Virus record (IMG/VR): IMGVR_UViG_3300021426_000066
Direction: 5' to 3' (one strand)
Length of the DNA stretch: 64,000 nucleotides
From: a virus
Taxonomy: Duplodnaviria > Caudoviricetes
The translations under genes and the position numbers were made by a program. Shown here piece after piece: positions 37,301-47,824 of the stretch. Position 1 is the first letter of the stretch. The number at the start of each line of letters is the position of its first letter. Below the pieces are notes generated by a model. The model was not told the DNA's origin and made no database searches. It saw only the letters and a list, made by a program, of their open reading frames with translations.

Positions 37301-40300
37301 TTAGAATCAAGTTCAGCAACCTGAGATGCTACTTTAAGCGTACCATCTGATTCCATGTAGATAGGTTGAGTGACTGAACCTAATGCAGTTTGTGGTGCGG
37401 CATGGGCAACTTGCTGCCAAGCGTTCCAAGCGGTTTGAGACGAAGTACGATAATACATGGTGTTTTTAGTTGTACTGGCATTGTAATGCATATAAATCTG
37501 CGCTGCATAATCAGGGGTAGTGTTTCCTGACGGTTTACGATAAGCCATTGTAAATACTTCACCATAGCCATAAGTGGTTGGACCATTAGTCAAAGAACCA
37601 GTAATATTAGTAACACTTGTATCATAAATTGTGTTTAAATCAGATGGTGATGATTTTAACGGAACATTGCCAGAGGCTGTTCCTGTAACGTTACCTGTAA
37701 CATTGCCAGTCAAAGCCCCATAAAAAGTCGAGGCTTCAACTTCTGTTGCTACACCGTTTCCGTTACAAAATTTATATCTATTAATTTTCGCATCCGATGT
37801 ACCATCGTGCCATTTATAGCCCACATAAAGTGTTGTTGCACTGGATGGCTTAGCTGCAAAACGTATTTCATTTTGAGCAACGATACTTAAATAATTAGCA
37901 ATAGTTGCAGTTGATGCGCTACTAGCTGTAACCGCATTACCATTCAAAGTTACGCTCCCGTTAGAATCAGCATATACAATCCACTTATTATGTTTCCTAG
38001 AATAAATACCACCGTAACCTGATGAACCAACAATAAATGCTACCTGATTAGGGTTGGTAGATTGAGTGTTATTTACTTCAACACCACATTCACCTGCTCT
38101 GGTAATATAGAGACTGTTGGAAAGAGGAACTGATGAACCCGCTGTGAGGGGTAAATCAAGTGAAGCATGACCTGTCAACGAACCTGAAAATGTAGTGGCA
38201 TGAATGCCTCCAGCATTATCTAAATAAATATTTGTATCAAAAGCAGTAGAACTCGATCCTCGCTGTCCAAAATATAAGAGACCGCCTTTGTCTCGAATCT
38301 CCCAATCATTCAGCGAATCAGTGAGGGATCCTCTTTGAAAGATAATTGCAGGAGAATTTCCTGAAGAGACAGATAAGGTTAAGTCACCTGTAAGAGTTCC
38401 ACCAGATAAAGGTAATGCATAATTCATATAATTACCAGCATGTAAAACTGCTTGTGTATCCCAATAAAAACTACCATCACCACTAAAAGTAAGTCTCTTA
38501 TAAGTATCTCCACTTTTTACTCTAAATTCAGCTTTAGTGTTGGTATGACTAGTTCCCGGTATATAATAATGCACATACACCGTTCCATCTGTGTCACTAT
38601 ATAAATTATGGTAATAGTGAGCGGGAAATCTAGACCATCTAACATCCTGATTAAATAATAGATTGCCAGACAGTGTTCCACCAGTAAGAGGGAGAGCATA
38701 TGAAGAGTAATTAACAGAATCTAATAATCGTCTCCATGACTCCCATTCTGTAGTTACTCCCATTCTAGTAAAAATACCAGTATCATTAAACGCTATTTCA
38801 TGCGCTTTCCCTCCTGAAGAATCGGCCCATCCTCGTAAACCCACAATATAAGAATATGTATCATTGGATGGATTATTTACCGTCGCTTTATTTTTTAAGC
38901 CAACGAATACAATTTTATTTTTATAATCGTTCGGAGCAGTTGCTACTGAGCGATTATCGCCTAAAGTAATTAATGCTTTGGCCTCATCTGCTGTCGTTGC
39001 TTTGGTCGCAGATCCAACACTTACGTTAGTCACATTAATCCATTTTTGTGTGCCACCATTGGCAAAACCATCAATTGTAAGAAGATAAGAAGTTGAAGTT
39101 GCTTCGGGTAAGGCAGTGCTATTAGACCATTTGATTGACCCCGTCATAGTACCGCCTGTGAGGGGCAAATAATTTGCACCATTTGCTGGCGTATATCCCA
39201 GAGCAGTAGTCACATTGCTACTCGTTAATTCACCACGGATGGTTGCTGAGGATTTGTTCTCAACATTACCGAGGCCAAGACCTGCTTTAGTGACATTTAT
39301 TGTTTTACCCTCAGTTCCATCATAAGAATTAAGCGTTGTAGAATTAAGCTGAACTGTTAATGTGGGTTTGGGGTTGTAGTTGGTTTTATAAGGAACTTGG
39401 ATGCAGGTTACGCCGTTGTCGGGTTCAGGGATAACAGAAGCTGCATCCTTAGCTGTAAACTGAAATTCAAATAATGATAAATCAATATTAGTTAATTTGC
39501 CTAAAGATTCATTTATAACATCCGCACTAACAGTGGGATAATAGATAAATGAAGATGCCCTTAAAGCAATAGCCACATATTCCGTGGAATTCTTTGTATA
39601 TTTAAATAAATAAACATTTGGATGCCAACCACCATTATCTACTACTCCTTGCATACAAAGTTCGTCACTATAGATATAAAAGACTATGCTTAAATCAATA
39701 GGACATGAGCTATTATATGCGAAACCTGTAATATGGACTATGGGCATTAGATTTGACGACACAAACTTAATACCAGTATATAAAATAATTTCATCCACCT
39801 GAGAGCTAGAATATGTACTGGCAACATTAATTCCTTGGTTTTTTATTTGTAAATAATTGTTGGATTTTAATGCCGTAGCAGTTAATAATCCAGTACTTGG
39901 ATTAGCATATATAGAATTATTTCTCAATGCAATATTAGTGCCACTTGCTCCAGTATTTGTATTTGCAAAATAACTCATTAAAAGTGGCAAATCGTAATTT
40001 TGTGAATATAATGTCTGCGTTACTTTGGTATCAGTAAACACGGCATTGCTAGGTACGTCAGCCTCAACCGTATGACCATTTACTACATCAGCACTACCAG
40101 AATAAAGCCTTACTTGTCCTTTCCTGTATGCAAAAATAGGATGGACAGCTTGGAACAAGAAGTAATTTGCTCCAGAGGATTGATTTCCTAACCGACCAAG
40201 AGTTATATAAGCTTTACCATCATCCGAAGTAGGAAGAGTATCTGTTATGATGGATGGATCTACTGTAGCTGTGTTACCAGAGATGGTCACAACTAAATAG

Positions 40301-43300
40301 ATCATCTTCTTGGCAGATGAAGTGAAGCCAGATTTAAGATTGCCAAGGTTGAGGTCAAAATACTGCATCAACATATTTGCATAATTACTGCCACCTTGTG
40401 ATATTGCGCCAGTTGTATAAAGAATAGGATAAGAGAGATCAAATGTTACTCCTGAAGCAATTTCTTCATAACCATCTTTATCACCCACAATCCACCTGTT
40501 TGCGGCAATTGCTTTCTTGGCATAAGTATTATTACGATAGTGTAAATATTCAGGATAAGTATTTGAATTTTGCATCATATCCACAACCCAATACGTTCCG
40601 TCATATGTAAAGTTATATATCTGGCCTGCCTTGATATAACCACCATCGGGAATTATCGTATATGAACCGTTGTAAATAAATCTAATAGACTTAGCACCTG
40701 TATTATTGACATTAAGTGTCAAATTTTCTCTTGCACCGGTATTTGTATTATCAAAATATACAGAAATACGAGTACCTTTAACAAGGTCATCAGCAGTAAA
40801 AGCAGTACAGGTTACTACTTTGGCTGTTGCATTTGCTGCTGAAGAACAAGTACCTGTGAACTGTTTAGCGTTGCCAACTTTAGCTGATAATTGGTCTAAG
40901 GCATTTTGCGTAGCCGTGCTAATAGGCTTATTTGCGTCAGAGGTATTATCCACATTTCCTAAGCCTACATTGGTTTTAGAGAGCGTGTATGATCCAAGTT
41001 GAGTGCCAACAGAATTTTTATAGGAGAGGGTGGAACCTGAGAGTGTGATATCTGAGACTAAATCTTCAGGTGCTGGTGTCCAATCTGTGGGTTTGTTGCC
41101 ACGTTCGAGTTTGACTTTAGATACAGTAATGTTGTTATCTTTAGTAGCACCTGCAAGGCCACAGTAAATTAAGAGTGTTAAATCTTTCGTCGCTGCTTTA
41201 GTCACTTTAATTGTCGCAGATGCTCGTCCATTTATTATTTCTCCAGTACAAGTGTTAGAACAACCACCGTCAGTAGTATTGTAAAGATAAAAAGTAACTG
41301 ATGTAACATTACCTGCAATCACATCGATATCTGCCGATGCAACAAATTCATCATTTACTGCATAAGGAAGTTCGTATAAATTCCAACTTCTATAAAAATA
41401 TTGATTTGTGGCAACTCCATATGAAACTGGAAGATAAGAATCTTTTACCAGATTTCTCCCGCCAATCTCAGCGTTACCAACAGCATTTTGCACAAAGGCT
41501 GTGGTGGCTATTTGAGCAGAATTTGTTCCACTAGCTGCAGTAGGTGCTTTTGGTGTTCCTGTTAGTTCTGGGGAGTCGATTCTTTTTACCTTTAAGGTAT
41601 CAGTAGAAGAATCATAAGTGAAATCATTATCATATGTTGCACGTTTATTATTACTATTTATCCAACTCATCCAAATAGGGCGATCACCTGCAGAGCTAGC
41701 TACAGAGGTATCAAGATTAGTAGCGGTAACCGCTGTCGTAGCTGTAGTAGCTGATGTAGCGTTGCCGTAAAAGTTTGGAGCGACCATGCCGTTATCTCGT
41801 AGTGTAAGTTCAACGGTTGCGGTAGCATTTGCATCATCACCTGTTAATGGGGCTTCAGGATCATAAGTGTTTAATACTCCATGCCCAATGAATTTGAAAA
41901 CTTGTTCACTCATATACTGTGAGCTATTGTATGCAAAATTTTGATATACATCTACAAAATAGTTTCCACCAGTTGTTCCGATGCGTATTAAACGAATCTT
42001 TGATACTACCTGACCTGTAATTGCGCTAATTTGTGTGATTCGTGCGCCTGCATCTCGTACAGAAATATTAAATTCACCAATAGTTGGCGAACCTGATGCC
42101 CAACCGCCAGTAATGTATAATGAAAAATTGGGATACCCCGCAGCATCGTTTCCAATTTTAGCGATTCTGTACCAACCGACAGCTTTACCTACTCCAGCGG
42201 GCATCGTAGCTGTTCCCATAGTAAATGTATCTAACTTATCTTTATCTTCTGCTGACATCAAACCCGCTACCGAAGAAGTCGCTTCGTTAGCTACGAAAGG
42301 TCTGATAGCACCGTCCTTAAACCAAAGAGGCGTACTATATCCAACAAAATCAAATGTATAATTACTGTAGGTGAATCCAAGATAGATATAAATTTTACCA
42401 TCTTCAGTTGTTGGTAATGTTTGTGTATACCATGTATCATCAAGATAGAAGAGTCCTGAGGCATTGTTATATGTTCCCACTAAATATATTGGAGCATATG
42501 CAGTAAGTGTCTGTCCGCAATTAAATGAATATCGAGCATCCACACCATATTGAAAAGCTCTGGTAACATCATTACCGTATCGACTGCCACTTGCCCAGTT
42601 ACTGCTAGTATCGGCATAATATAGTTTTCCTAGTTTAAAGCCAGTAGTATTTTTGGTCTTTGAAGTTCCTGTACCATAGTCTGTTGTAAAGCTTTGATAA
42701 TTACCCGAAGAGTCTTCCATAATTAAACTATATTGTTTAATACCATTTGTACCCGCTAAAGGTTTTGTATAATAAGCAGTTGTAAAATATGGATAGGTAT
42801 TTCGATCTCCTGAAACACTATACCCTTGTGTTGTACCATCAAATGCAACACGGGTAGCGTTTACGCCATTGGCTGTATTACCATAATTGGTAGTATTAGC
42901 ACCAGGCATATCAGCAAACAGTGTCATTGAATCCAAAAAAGTTAATGTACAATTTTCCTCTTCTAAAATTTCAATCTCAATAATTCTTGAATTTGCTGCT
43001 ACATGAGGATTGTAAGATGATTGAAAACGGAACCCCAACAGATGATTATAATTATTATTAAGCCCTGTCTCCGTTGCAGCGTGATATACATGGCTATATA
43101 ATGGGCGATATGAAGTATTATTAATTGCATTGTAGGTTTTATAAGCGGCATAAGTATTCCTCACACCGTCAATCGTCACTTCGCTATATTGATAACCGTT
43201 TGAAATACCATTGATAGTTGCTTTTAATCTATATGAGATACGCCATGATTTATTATAGTTTTCTGGTTTGACTGTAGCAAAATACAAGTAGCCTGCTGGA

Positions 43301-43557
43301 TCACTATTTGAAGAGCAGTAAACATTCGTATAGGTCTGTTTCTTTAATGGTTGAATTTCCGAATAATCATATGTTGGTTTAATATATGGAAGGTCTTTCC
43401 ATAAATCCGTACCATTCCCCAGCTTCATCCAACCATGACGCAATCCACCAGAGGTATAAAGTGCCTCACCAGCTTTGGGAATAGTTGTAGTTGCTTCCCA
43501 TTCTGCTTCAGTCTTATAAGGATGTTTGAAGCGGACTTGCAAGTTTGTATCTGCCAT
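34363..43557 (-). CDS. Giant modular tail fibre/adhesin (3064 aa) with C-terminal peptidase S74 chaperone
   Basis: LPLTGGTL fibre repeats, GGRNL...KLERGNKPTDWTPAPED carbohydrate-binding module, SSKRYKHDI...GLIAEDV S74 domain. Confidence 0.85.
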   Translation of the reverse strand: MADTNLQVRFKHPYKTEAEWEATTTIPKAGEALYTSGGLRHGWMKLGNGTDLWKDLPYIKPTYDYSEIQPLKKQTYTNVYCSSNSDPAGYLYFATVKPENYNKSWRISYRLKATINGISNGYQYSEVTIDGVRNTYAAYKTYNAINNTSYRPLYSHVYHAATETGLNNNYNHLLGFRFQSSYNPHVAANSRIIEIEILEEENCTLTFLDSMTLFADMPGANTTNYGNTANGVNATRVAFDGTTQGYSVSGDRNTYPYFTTAYYTKPLAGTNGIKQYSLIMEDSSGNYQSFTTDYGTGTSKTKNTTGFKLGKLYYADTSSNWASGSRYGNDVTRAFQYGVDARYSFNCGQTLTAYAPIYLVGTYNNASGLFYLDDTWYTQTLPTTEDGKIYIYLGFTYSNYTFDFVGYSTPLWFKDGAIRPFVANEATSSVAGLMSAEDKDKLDTFTMGTATMPAGVGKAVGWYRIAKIGNDAAGYPNFSLYITGGWASGSPTIGEFNISVRDAGARITQISAITGQVVSKIRLIRIGTTGGNYFVDVYQNFAYNSSQYMSEQVFKFIGHGVLNTYDPEAPLTGDDANATATVELTLRDNGMVAPNFYGNATSATTATTAVTATNLDTSVASSAGDRPIWMSWINSNNKRATYDNDFTYDSSTDTLKVKRIDSPELTGTPKAPTAASGTNSAQIATTAFVQNAVGNAEIGGRNLVKDSYLPVSYGVATNQYFYRSWNLYELPYAVNDEFVASADIDVIAGNVTSVTFYLYNTTDGGCSNTCTGEIINGRASATIKVTKAATKDLTLLIYCGLAGATKDNNITVSKVKLERGNKPTDWTPAPEDLVSDITLSGSTLSYKNSVGTQLGSYTLSKTNVGLGNVDNTSDANKPISTATQNALDQLSAKVGNAKQFTGTCSSAANATAKVVTCTAFTADDLVKGTRISVYFDNTNTGARENLTLNVNNTGAKSIRFIYNGSYTIIPDGGYIKAGQIYNFTYDGTYWVVDMMQNSNTYPEYLHYRNNTYAKKAIAANRWIVGDKDGYEEIASGVTFDLSYPILYTTGAISQGGSNYANMLMQYFDLNLGNLKSGFTSSAKKMIYLVVTISGNTATVDPSIITDTLPTSDDGKAYITLGRLGNQSSGANYFLFQAVHPIFAYRKGQVRLYSGSADVVNGHTVEADVPSNAVFTDTKVTQTLYSQNYDLPLLMSYFANTNTGASGTNIALRNNSIYANPSTGLLTATALKSNNYLQIKNQGINVASTYSSSQVDEIILYTGIKFVSSNLMPIVHITGFAYNSSCPIDLSIVFYIYSDELCMQGVVDNGGWHPNVYLFKYTKNSTEYVAIALRASSFIYYPTVSADVINESLGKLTNIDLSLFEFQFTAKDAASVIPEPDNGVTCIQVPYKTNYNPKPTLTVQLNSTTLNSYDGTEGKTINVTKAGLGLGNVENKSSATIRGELTSSNVTTALGYTPANGANYLPLTGGTMTGSIKWSNSTALPEATSTSYLLTIDGFANGGTQKWINVTNVSVGSATKATTADEAKALITLGDNRSVATAPNDYKNKIVFVGLKNKATVNNPSNDTYSYIVGLRGWADSSGGKAHEIAFNDTGIFTRMGVTTEWESWRRLLDSVNYSSYALPLTGGTLSGNLLFNQDVRWSRFPAHYYHNLYSDTDGTVYVHYYIPGTSHTNTKAEFRVKSGDTYKRLTFSGDGSFYWDTQAVLHAGNYMNYALPLSGGTLTGDLTLSVSSGNSPAIIFQRGSLTDSLNDWEIRDKGGLLYFGQRGSSSTAFDTNIYLDNAGGIHATTFSGSLTGHASLDLPLTAGSSVPLSNSLYITRAGECGVEVNNTQSTNPNQVAFIVGSSGYGGIYSRKHNKWIVYADSNGSVTLNGNAVTASSASTATIANYLSIVAQNEIRFAAKPSSATTLYVGYKWHDGTSDAKINRYKFCNGNGVATEVEASTFYGALTGNVTGNVTGTASGNVPLKSSPSDLNTIYDTSVTNITGSLTNGPTTYGYGEVFTMAYRKPSGNTTPDYAAQIYMHYNASTTKNTMYYRTSSQTAWNAWQQVAHAAPQTALGSVTQPIYMESDGTLKVASQVAELDSNGLILSSQLPSYVDDVIEAYYYNNKMYKESAHTNQLTGESSKIYVDLSTNKTYRWSGSAYVEISASLALGENSSSAYRGDRGKIAYDHSQLTSGNPHNVTKTDIGLSNVENKSSATIRGELTSSNVTTALGYTPVPNTRQINGKALTDNIVLDYSDISPIGGGTKTYAGLYGSANNMESTSFYFASVKPDQYHGVWKVKYRIKVDVPNQNYYHGYADVEIYGYENSYVAYSIFNSHLSTSYRTFYYHNLYRATEVGASAYGHLLGISFLYSANSVSSSYPRTVRVDILEAENCTVTMFEDALKYADVPGTGSTNYAGLTSFDGANQGLQETGDYNDTYTVRDYYTRLTAGTNGMKQYSLVMQDADGNWQSFTTDHGTDTTKTRNTTGFQLGKIYYLASSSNYASGAQNGDNIVTSHGIALNFRYSSNCGATLTPYQPLYIKGTYDIATGLFYLADTWWTQELPTSADGFIYKQIGYARTTEQFEFSNTLPTYWYHNGAIREFVMPEATASVAGIMSASDKTKLNGVTFNNGNYTIETGNLDVGGRVTVTTGVGTNGKTQAADGKTGVWLNNAGNAFLVGPANGGSYIYFYYNQATTATSYIHESASGTLKLYNDVSVNHALYVTANTYVTGGLGTGGRTAYNDTDHFGCWLATNGEVHLASSATSGGAISFHYNKSASVTSYIKETASGRLKVSDELYTGGHIAIDTNAKYIYSKFNDNTNRILCGVNANNEILFGYGSFKDQIGSTHLEGNTVSIASRGSIYLQPSNTTWLTVSAGNAVISTSAGTGVYFKVKNSHHEGSLYASDSSTGNFGLYSNTLGKWVIYTQNGNGYLYLPTIAPSSTTSGGAGNLFISTSGRVTAAANSSKRYKHDIQPLTDYQKVLDIPVVSFKYNEGYLVEGDCYEGLDVPGLIAEDVAQYYPIAAIYDNNRVENWNIRHIVPAMLAVEQDHEKQIQKLIKQVEQLSQENEQLKQRIEAMA

Positions 43558-43605
43558 AAAGGATTCCTCCTTTCTTGTTTAATTTTCAATTATATATATG
43601 TAAAA

Positions 43606-43687
43606 AGGAGACTCCCTGAGTCTCTTCGATTATTCAGTCATTATAAAAGTCAGCTACACAGAATGGTTAAAACTGTATAGCTGACTT
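43606..43687 (-). terminator. Two tandem hairpins upstream of the giant fibre gene
   Basis: AAGTCAGCTACACAG/CTGTATAGCTGACTT (43647-43687) and AGGAGACTC/GAGTCTCTT (43606-43626), each followed by T on the - strand. Confidence 0.5.
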
Positions 43688-43741
43688 ATGGTTATATTTA
43701 GATTTTGTAATGTTCATTGTATTCTTGATGCTCCTCTTAAA

Positions 43742-45070
43742 TTAACTAAAATTACCGTCCAAAATAAGTACATCGCCCGAATCTTGCGTTAAGTATCTTG
43801 CGTTAACAGCAGAGGCGACAAGATTAACATTCCCCGTACCATCAAAATTAACCGCAGCAGCAGTTACAGCTTGAGAAATACTAAAACTACGACTATTGGC
43901 TAATTGCGTAGCCTTAGCTGCTGTATCTGTATTTGTAATGAAATTCTTATCATTGGTTAATTCAGATACTTTTGTAGGTACAATAATATCAACTGCTCTA
44001 TTAGCATCAGGCGTTAATGCAGTACCGTTCTTCTTCACTGTAACAATAACATTCTTTTCTGCATCAACTGGTGCATGAGAGCCAATTGCAAAATCATAAG
44101 CAACCTTTCCATGATCTCCACGAAAAGCTGTGGAGGATGTCTCACCCAGCGCAAGTGACGGTGAAATCTCAACATATGCTGAACCACTCCATCTATAAGT
44201 AAGATTAGTAGCTTTATCTACATAAATTTTACTTGTTTCACCAGTACCAGGGAAGCTTGCTTTATTGGTATATTCAAGAACATCATCAACATAACTAGGT
44301 AACTGAGACGAAGGTACTTTTCCTGTTGAATCCAGTTCTGCCACACCAGAGGCGGCACCCTTCTGACTTGTGGGGATCGCACTTACATCAGCCGCAGTTA
44401 TAGTTACATCAGCGGTTAAAGCATGACCATTGACTGTTCTTCCTGTAGGGACTTTCCCACTCAAAGCATCAGTAATTGCTTTTCTGGTCATAGTACCATC
44501 TGTACTATCGCCTGTTGACCCATATAATTTAACAATACCCGCTACAGTTTCACTAGCCGTTTCATAAGTCGTATCACCAGAAGTAATGGTAATAGTATCA
44601 TTTTCTGCATTAGCCGTAATAGATACGTTCGCCCCACCTTGGATAGTTAAAGTGTCTGTCTTACTATCAGCAGCAATAGTGGTAGTACCAACCGTAATAT
44701 TACTAAATGCATTCTGGTTAACCTCAGCACCAGTTGCTATACCCGCAAGTTTTGTTTTTTCCGCACTTGTATAATCGTTGGAAGATAGTCCTTTTCCAGT
44801 TTCTTTATCAACTTTATTGCCTAAAGCTGTGTTAATAGGAGATAAAGCCGTATTAATTAAACTATTAATTTCCGAAGTAGAAAGACCAAGGTATGGCAAC
44901 GAACTGTAGGCCGTCGTACCATCACCAATTTTAGCCCTTGGCGTTGAGTCTAATTCAATGCACATTTCGCCACGAAGAGGGATCAAAGCAGCATTTGCAG
45001 CTAATTCCCAGTCCGCTTTTGACTTCGCGCATAAAAGTATCCTCGTATTAAGCGTGGTCGTATTAGGCAT
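43742..45070 (-). CDS. Tail fibre / minor tail protein
   Basis: GEMCIE...KIGDG N-terminal domain, KVDKETGKGLSSNDYT, SSQLPSYVDDV, FDGTGNV modules. Confidence 0.75.
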   Translation of the reverse strand: MPNTTTLNTRILLCAKSKADWELAANAALIPLRGEMCIELDSTPRAKIGDGTTAYSSLPYLGLSTSEINSLINTALSPINTALGNKVDKETGKGLSSNDYTSAEKTKLAGIATGAEVNQNAFSNITVGTTTIAADSKTDTLTIQGGANVSITANAENDTITITSGDTTYETASETVAGIVKLYGSTGDSTDGTMTRKAITDALSGKVPTGRTVNGHALTADVTITAADVSAIPTSQKGAASGVAELDSTGKVPSSQLPSYVDDVLEYTNKASFPGTGETSKIYVDKATNLTYRWSGSAYVEISPSLALGETSSTAFRGDHGKVAYDFAIGSHAPVDAEKNVIVTVKKNGTALTPDANRAVDIIVPTKVSELTNDKNFITNTDTAAKATQLANSRSFSISQAVTAAAVNFDGTGNVNLVASAVNARYLTQDSGDVLILDGNFS

Positions 45071-45085
45071 AATTCACCTCCTTAA

Positions 45086-45355
45086 TTATATATTCGCATT
45101 AATTAAGTCTATTTTTTCCCAATCTCTGCCTATACAATAATAATGTAAATCATCTTGATTCCATCTATAAGTAGCATTATCAGTTGTATCAATATAGAGA
45201 TGATTAACATTTCCAACAACTGGGAAGTGTAAATAACTATCCACAGCCTCAACTTCAAAATCAGAGGAATCAGCTATCATCTTTTCTATTAATTTCTTGA
45301 CCTCATCCGTATACACTTGCATACCAGAATAGTCAATAACCTTTTTTGAAGCCAT
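45086..45355 (-). CDS. Small tail-associated protein
   Basis: FP.VG...LYID...TYRW module also seen in the fibre genes. Confidence 0.6.
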   Translation of the reverse strand: MASKKVIDYSGMQVYTDEVKKLIEKMIADSSDFEVEAVDSYLHFPVVGNVNHLYIDTTDNATYRWNQDDLHYYCIGRDWEKIDLINANI

Positions 45356-45423
45356 AATTTTCCCTCCTATAAAATAATCTCCTTGTATTCCTTATAATCC
45401 TGTTACACCCAATTAAATATGAC

Positions 45424-46059
45424 TTAAGGCGTAGTCGCAAATAACGCCTGTATTTCAGCAGTAGTAGCTGATTCGATGACAGGAATATCCAATGCTGAGA
45501 TTCTATCAGATACATACTGCTCAGTAGCATACCCAGCCAGAGATACCGAAGTATCTCCAATCATCACCATCTCATTATCAATAAGCATATATTCCTTATA
45601 CTTATCATTTCCAGTAACGGTGTTATCTTTAATCAGATAAATCACATTCGGATTAGCATCTGCTACGGCAGGCAATGTATCAACAATCTGCGCCCTAACC
45701 ATATTGGCAGCAGCCACAGCTTGATTAACTATAGTCTGTACCTCTGCTTCAGTAACTAAATCTACAACAGCAACACTACTATCCATAACATTACCATTAG
45801 CATCAAATACAGCCACGTTACCGCTAGTAGCAGATACCACTTTTCTCATAAGAGCATCAAGGTTCTGATGAGGAATGGTAATACTATAAGCTGGACTTGC
45901 TCCAACACTTAATGGCTCAGATTCTTTATAAAATAATAACTGTGTGCTATCTTGAGATAACGTCACAGTTTGAATTGATTGAGCATGAATTGTATTTATT
46001 AATTGTTTAATCAAACCATCATATGTGGTCAGATTATCCAATGAAATATATTTAGCCAT
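45424..46059 (-). CDS. Tail-associated structural protein
   Basis: VDTLP...NVIYLIK...YKEY...IGDTSVSL module. Confidence 0.6.
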   Translation of the reverse strand: MAKYISLDNLTTYDGLIKQLINTIHAQSIQTVTLSQDSTQLLFYKESEPLSVGASPAYSITIPHQNLDALMRKVVSATSGNVAVFDANGNVMDSSVAVVDLVTEAEVQTIVNQAVAAANMVRAQIVDTLPAVADANPNVIYLIKDNTVTGNDKYKEYMLIDNEMVMIGDTSVSLAGYATEQYVSDRISALDIPVIESATTAEIQALFATTP

Positions 46060-46076
46060 AATTTTTCTCCTTACTT

Positions 46077-46967
46077 CTATTCATTAAATAATCGAGCAAC
46101 TGATTCGTTATCTTCACTCTGCATAGATTCTCCTAAACGTATATCGAACCTCGTATTAAATGTCTCGTCAAATACATCGTAGACAATAGTCTCAACACCT
46201 TCTCTGAGAACAGATTGAATGTACTCAAGAGCTTCTTCTCTGGTCATAATATCCAGAGCCTGTATCTTTGCATCAAAATCAGATTCAGTCATATATCCTT
46301 GACTTTTTACCCATTCTTGGGTTGCATAGTATTCTGTCTCAGCAACATTACTTGTGTTATCGACTGTATAATTGGTTATTGATGTGTTAGTAATAACTTT
46401 GATGGTCGTATTTTCATCTTCAGTGCCAACATCATTATGTTCAATCATAATTACATGGTCGCCATTGCTTTGGAAAATAGTAATCAAACCATCACAAACC
46501 TTATATGAACCGTTAACCTTATATAATCCATTATCCAGTTCTGATAGTACGACAGGATCTGCTACGTTTCCGTATAGCTGTTCTATGGGCCTATGCCCTA
46601 TCTGGTCATAATCAATATCTCCCGCACTATATACACTAATAGGAGTCACATAATATCTTGCACCATTATGGTTAACAATATATGCTCTGTATGTTCCAGA
46701 TGATGTATCTAAAATCGAGACAAGCTGCCCCTGGTATGTATCCAAAGCACGATTCAAAAATTCTTCCGCAGTCGCTATATTTACAAAACGATATACTTTA
46801 GAGTGAATAGGGATTAAATCAAAGTCCTCATTAATTAACAGCATTTCCTGAGTATCAGAACATAATACTATATCCCATTGATTGACAGTACCTGCATTAA
46901 TTGCATCCTGAACCTTTTGCTTTGAAGCAAAGAAAAATCGAGAATGTAATGAGTAGTCACTTGCCAT
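46077..46967 (-). CDS. Putative structural protein
   Basis: AGGTGA RBS, located in the tail cluster. Confidence 0.55.
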   Translation of the reverse strand: MASDYSLHSRFFFASKQKVQDAINAGTVNQWDIVLCSDTQEMLLINEDFDLIPIHSKVYRFVNIATAEEFLNRALDTYQGQLVSILDTSSGTYRAYIVNHNGARYYVTPISVYSAGDIDYDQIGHRPIEQLYGNVADPVVLSELDNGLYKVNGSYKVCDGLITIFQSNGDHVIMIEHNDVGTEDENTTIKVITNTSITNYTVDNTSNVAETEYYATQEWVKSQGYMTESDFDAKIQALDIMTREEALEYIQSVLREGVETIVYDVFDETFNTRFDIRLGESMQSEDNESVARLFNE

Positions 46968-46981
46968 ATCATCACCTTCTT

Positions 46982-47662
46982 TTAAATCTTCTGAATAGAA
47001 ATATTACCGTTCTCCGCAGAAGATCCACCAAGTTCAACGAGAATCTGATTTAATTGTGCTAAATCTACTCCCGTACCAACCGCTCTACCATCAGATGTTC
47101 CATACAGTTTACCCTCAGCCTGATCTACCATTAAGCCATCAAATTTATTCTGGCTCATAGAAGACGCAAGATCAGCCAAAGCAGCCGCCATCTTTTTGTT
47201 TTCAATATATAAAGAAGCAAGAGTGGATAATTCATGGTCACTAGGTGTAAGCCACGAAGAAATAGGAACAACTTTCATATAAGCAGTACCCGCACTCTGT
47301 CTTACTCTTTCAATCGTATTACCATCTTGGTCCAGTTCCGCTTTAACAAAAGTAAGACTAAATTCAACTTCCCCACATTCCTTGGTTAAATCAGTAGTCA
47401 TAGTGGTATCAGGAAGAGTGTATAATAAATAATCATCCTTATAATTATCATCAGCTAAAGTCAGTTCATATAAACCACTTGAGTTACTAATAGGAAGCTT
47501 ATATTCAAATACACCACTAAAGTCTGCCATTTCATATTCATCGTTGTATAACTTCGGGACAACAAATCTTAATGCGTCAATAGAATTAGAACGTTCTGTA
47601 ATCGCCCCTGTAGATTCGGTCAGCACAATACTGTTATCATTACGAAATAAGTAAGTATTCAT
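46982..47662 (-). CDS. BppU-N-like baseplate-associated protein
   Basis: LRFVVPK...LT...GEVEFSL pattern; GGAGG RBS. Confidence 0.5.
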   Translation of the reverse strand: MNTYLFRNDNSIVLTESTGAITERSNSIDALRFVVPKLYNDEYEMADFSGVFEYKLPISNSSGLYELTLADDNYKDDYLLYTLPDTTMTTDLTKECGEVEFSLTFVKAELDQDGNTIERVRQSAGTAYMKVVPISSWLTPSDHELSTLASLYIENKKMAAALADLASSMSQNKFDGLMVDQAEGKLYGTSDGRAVGTGVDLAQLNQILVELGGSSAENGNISIQKI

Positions 47663-47676
47663 AAAAGCCTCCCTTC

Positions 47677-47823
47677 TTACTGTTGTTCGCCAATAATATA
47701 TTCATATTCTTCTAAGGTAATCTTCTTAGAAGCCAACATCGTCTGTAATTGTGTTTTTGTGAGTTTACCCTTTTCATATAATGCCTTTAACGTTTCTATA
47801 ACATCATCATATCTCTGTGCCAT
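47677..47823 (-). CDS. XkdX-like small tail protein (48 aa, not in track)
   Basis: MAQRYDDVIETLKALYEKG...KKITLEEYEYIIGEQQ*. Confidence 0.65.
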   Translation of the reverse strand: MAQRYDDVIETLKALYEKGKLTKTQLQTMLASKKITLEEYEYIIGEQQ

Positions 47824-47824
47824 A

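Noticed and set aside
43647-43687. Invertible promoter switch for the fibre gene
   Set aside because: The 15-bp inverted repeat encloses only 11 nt and no invertase is nearby; a terminator hairpin is the simpler reading
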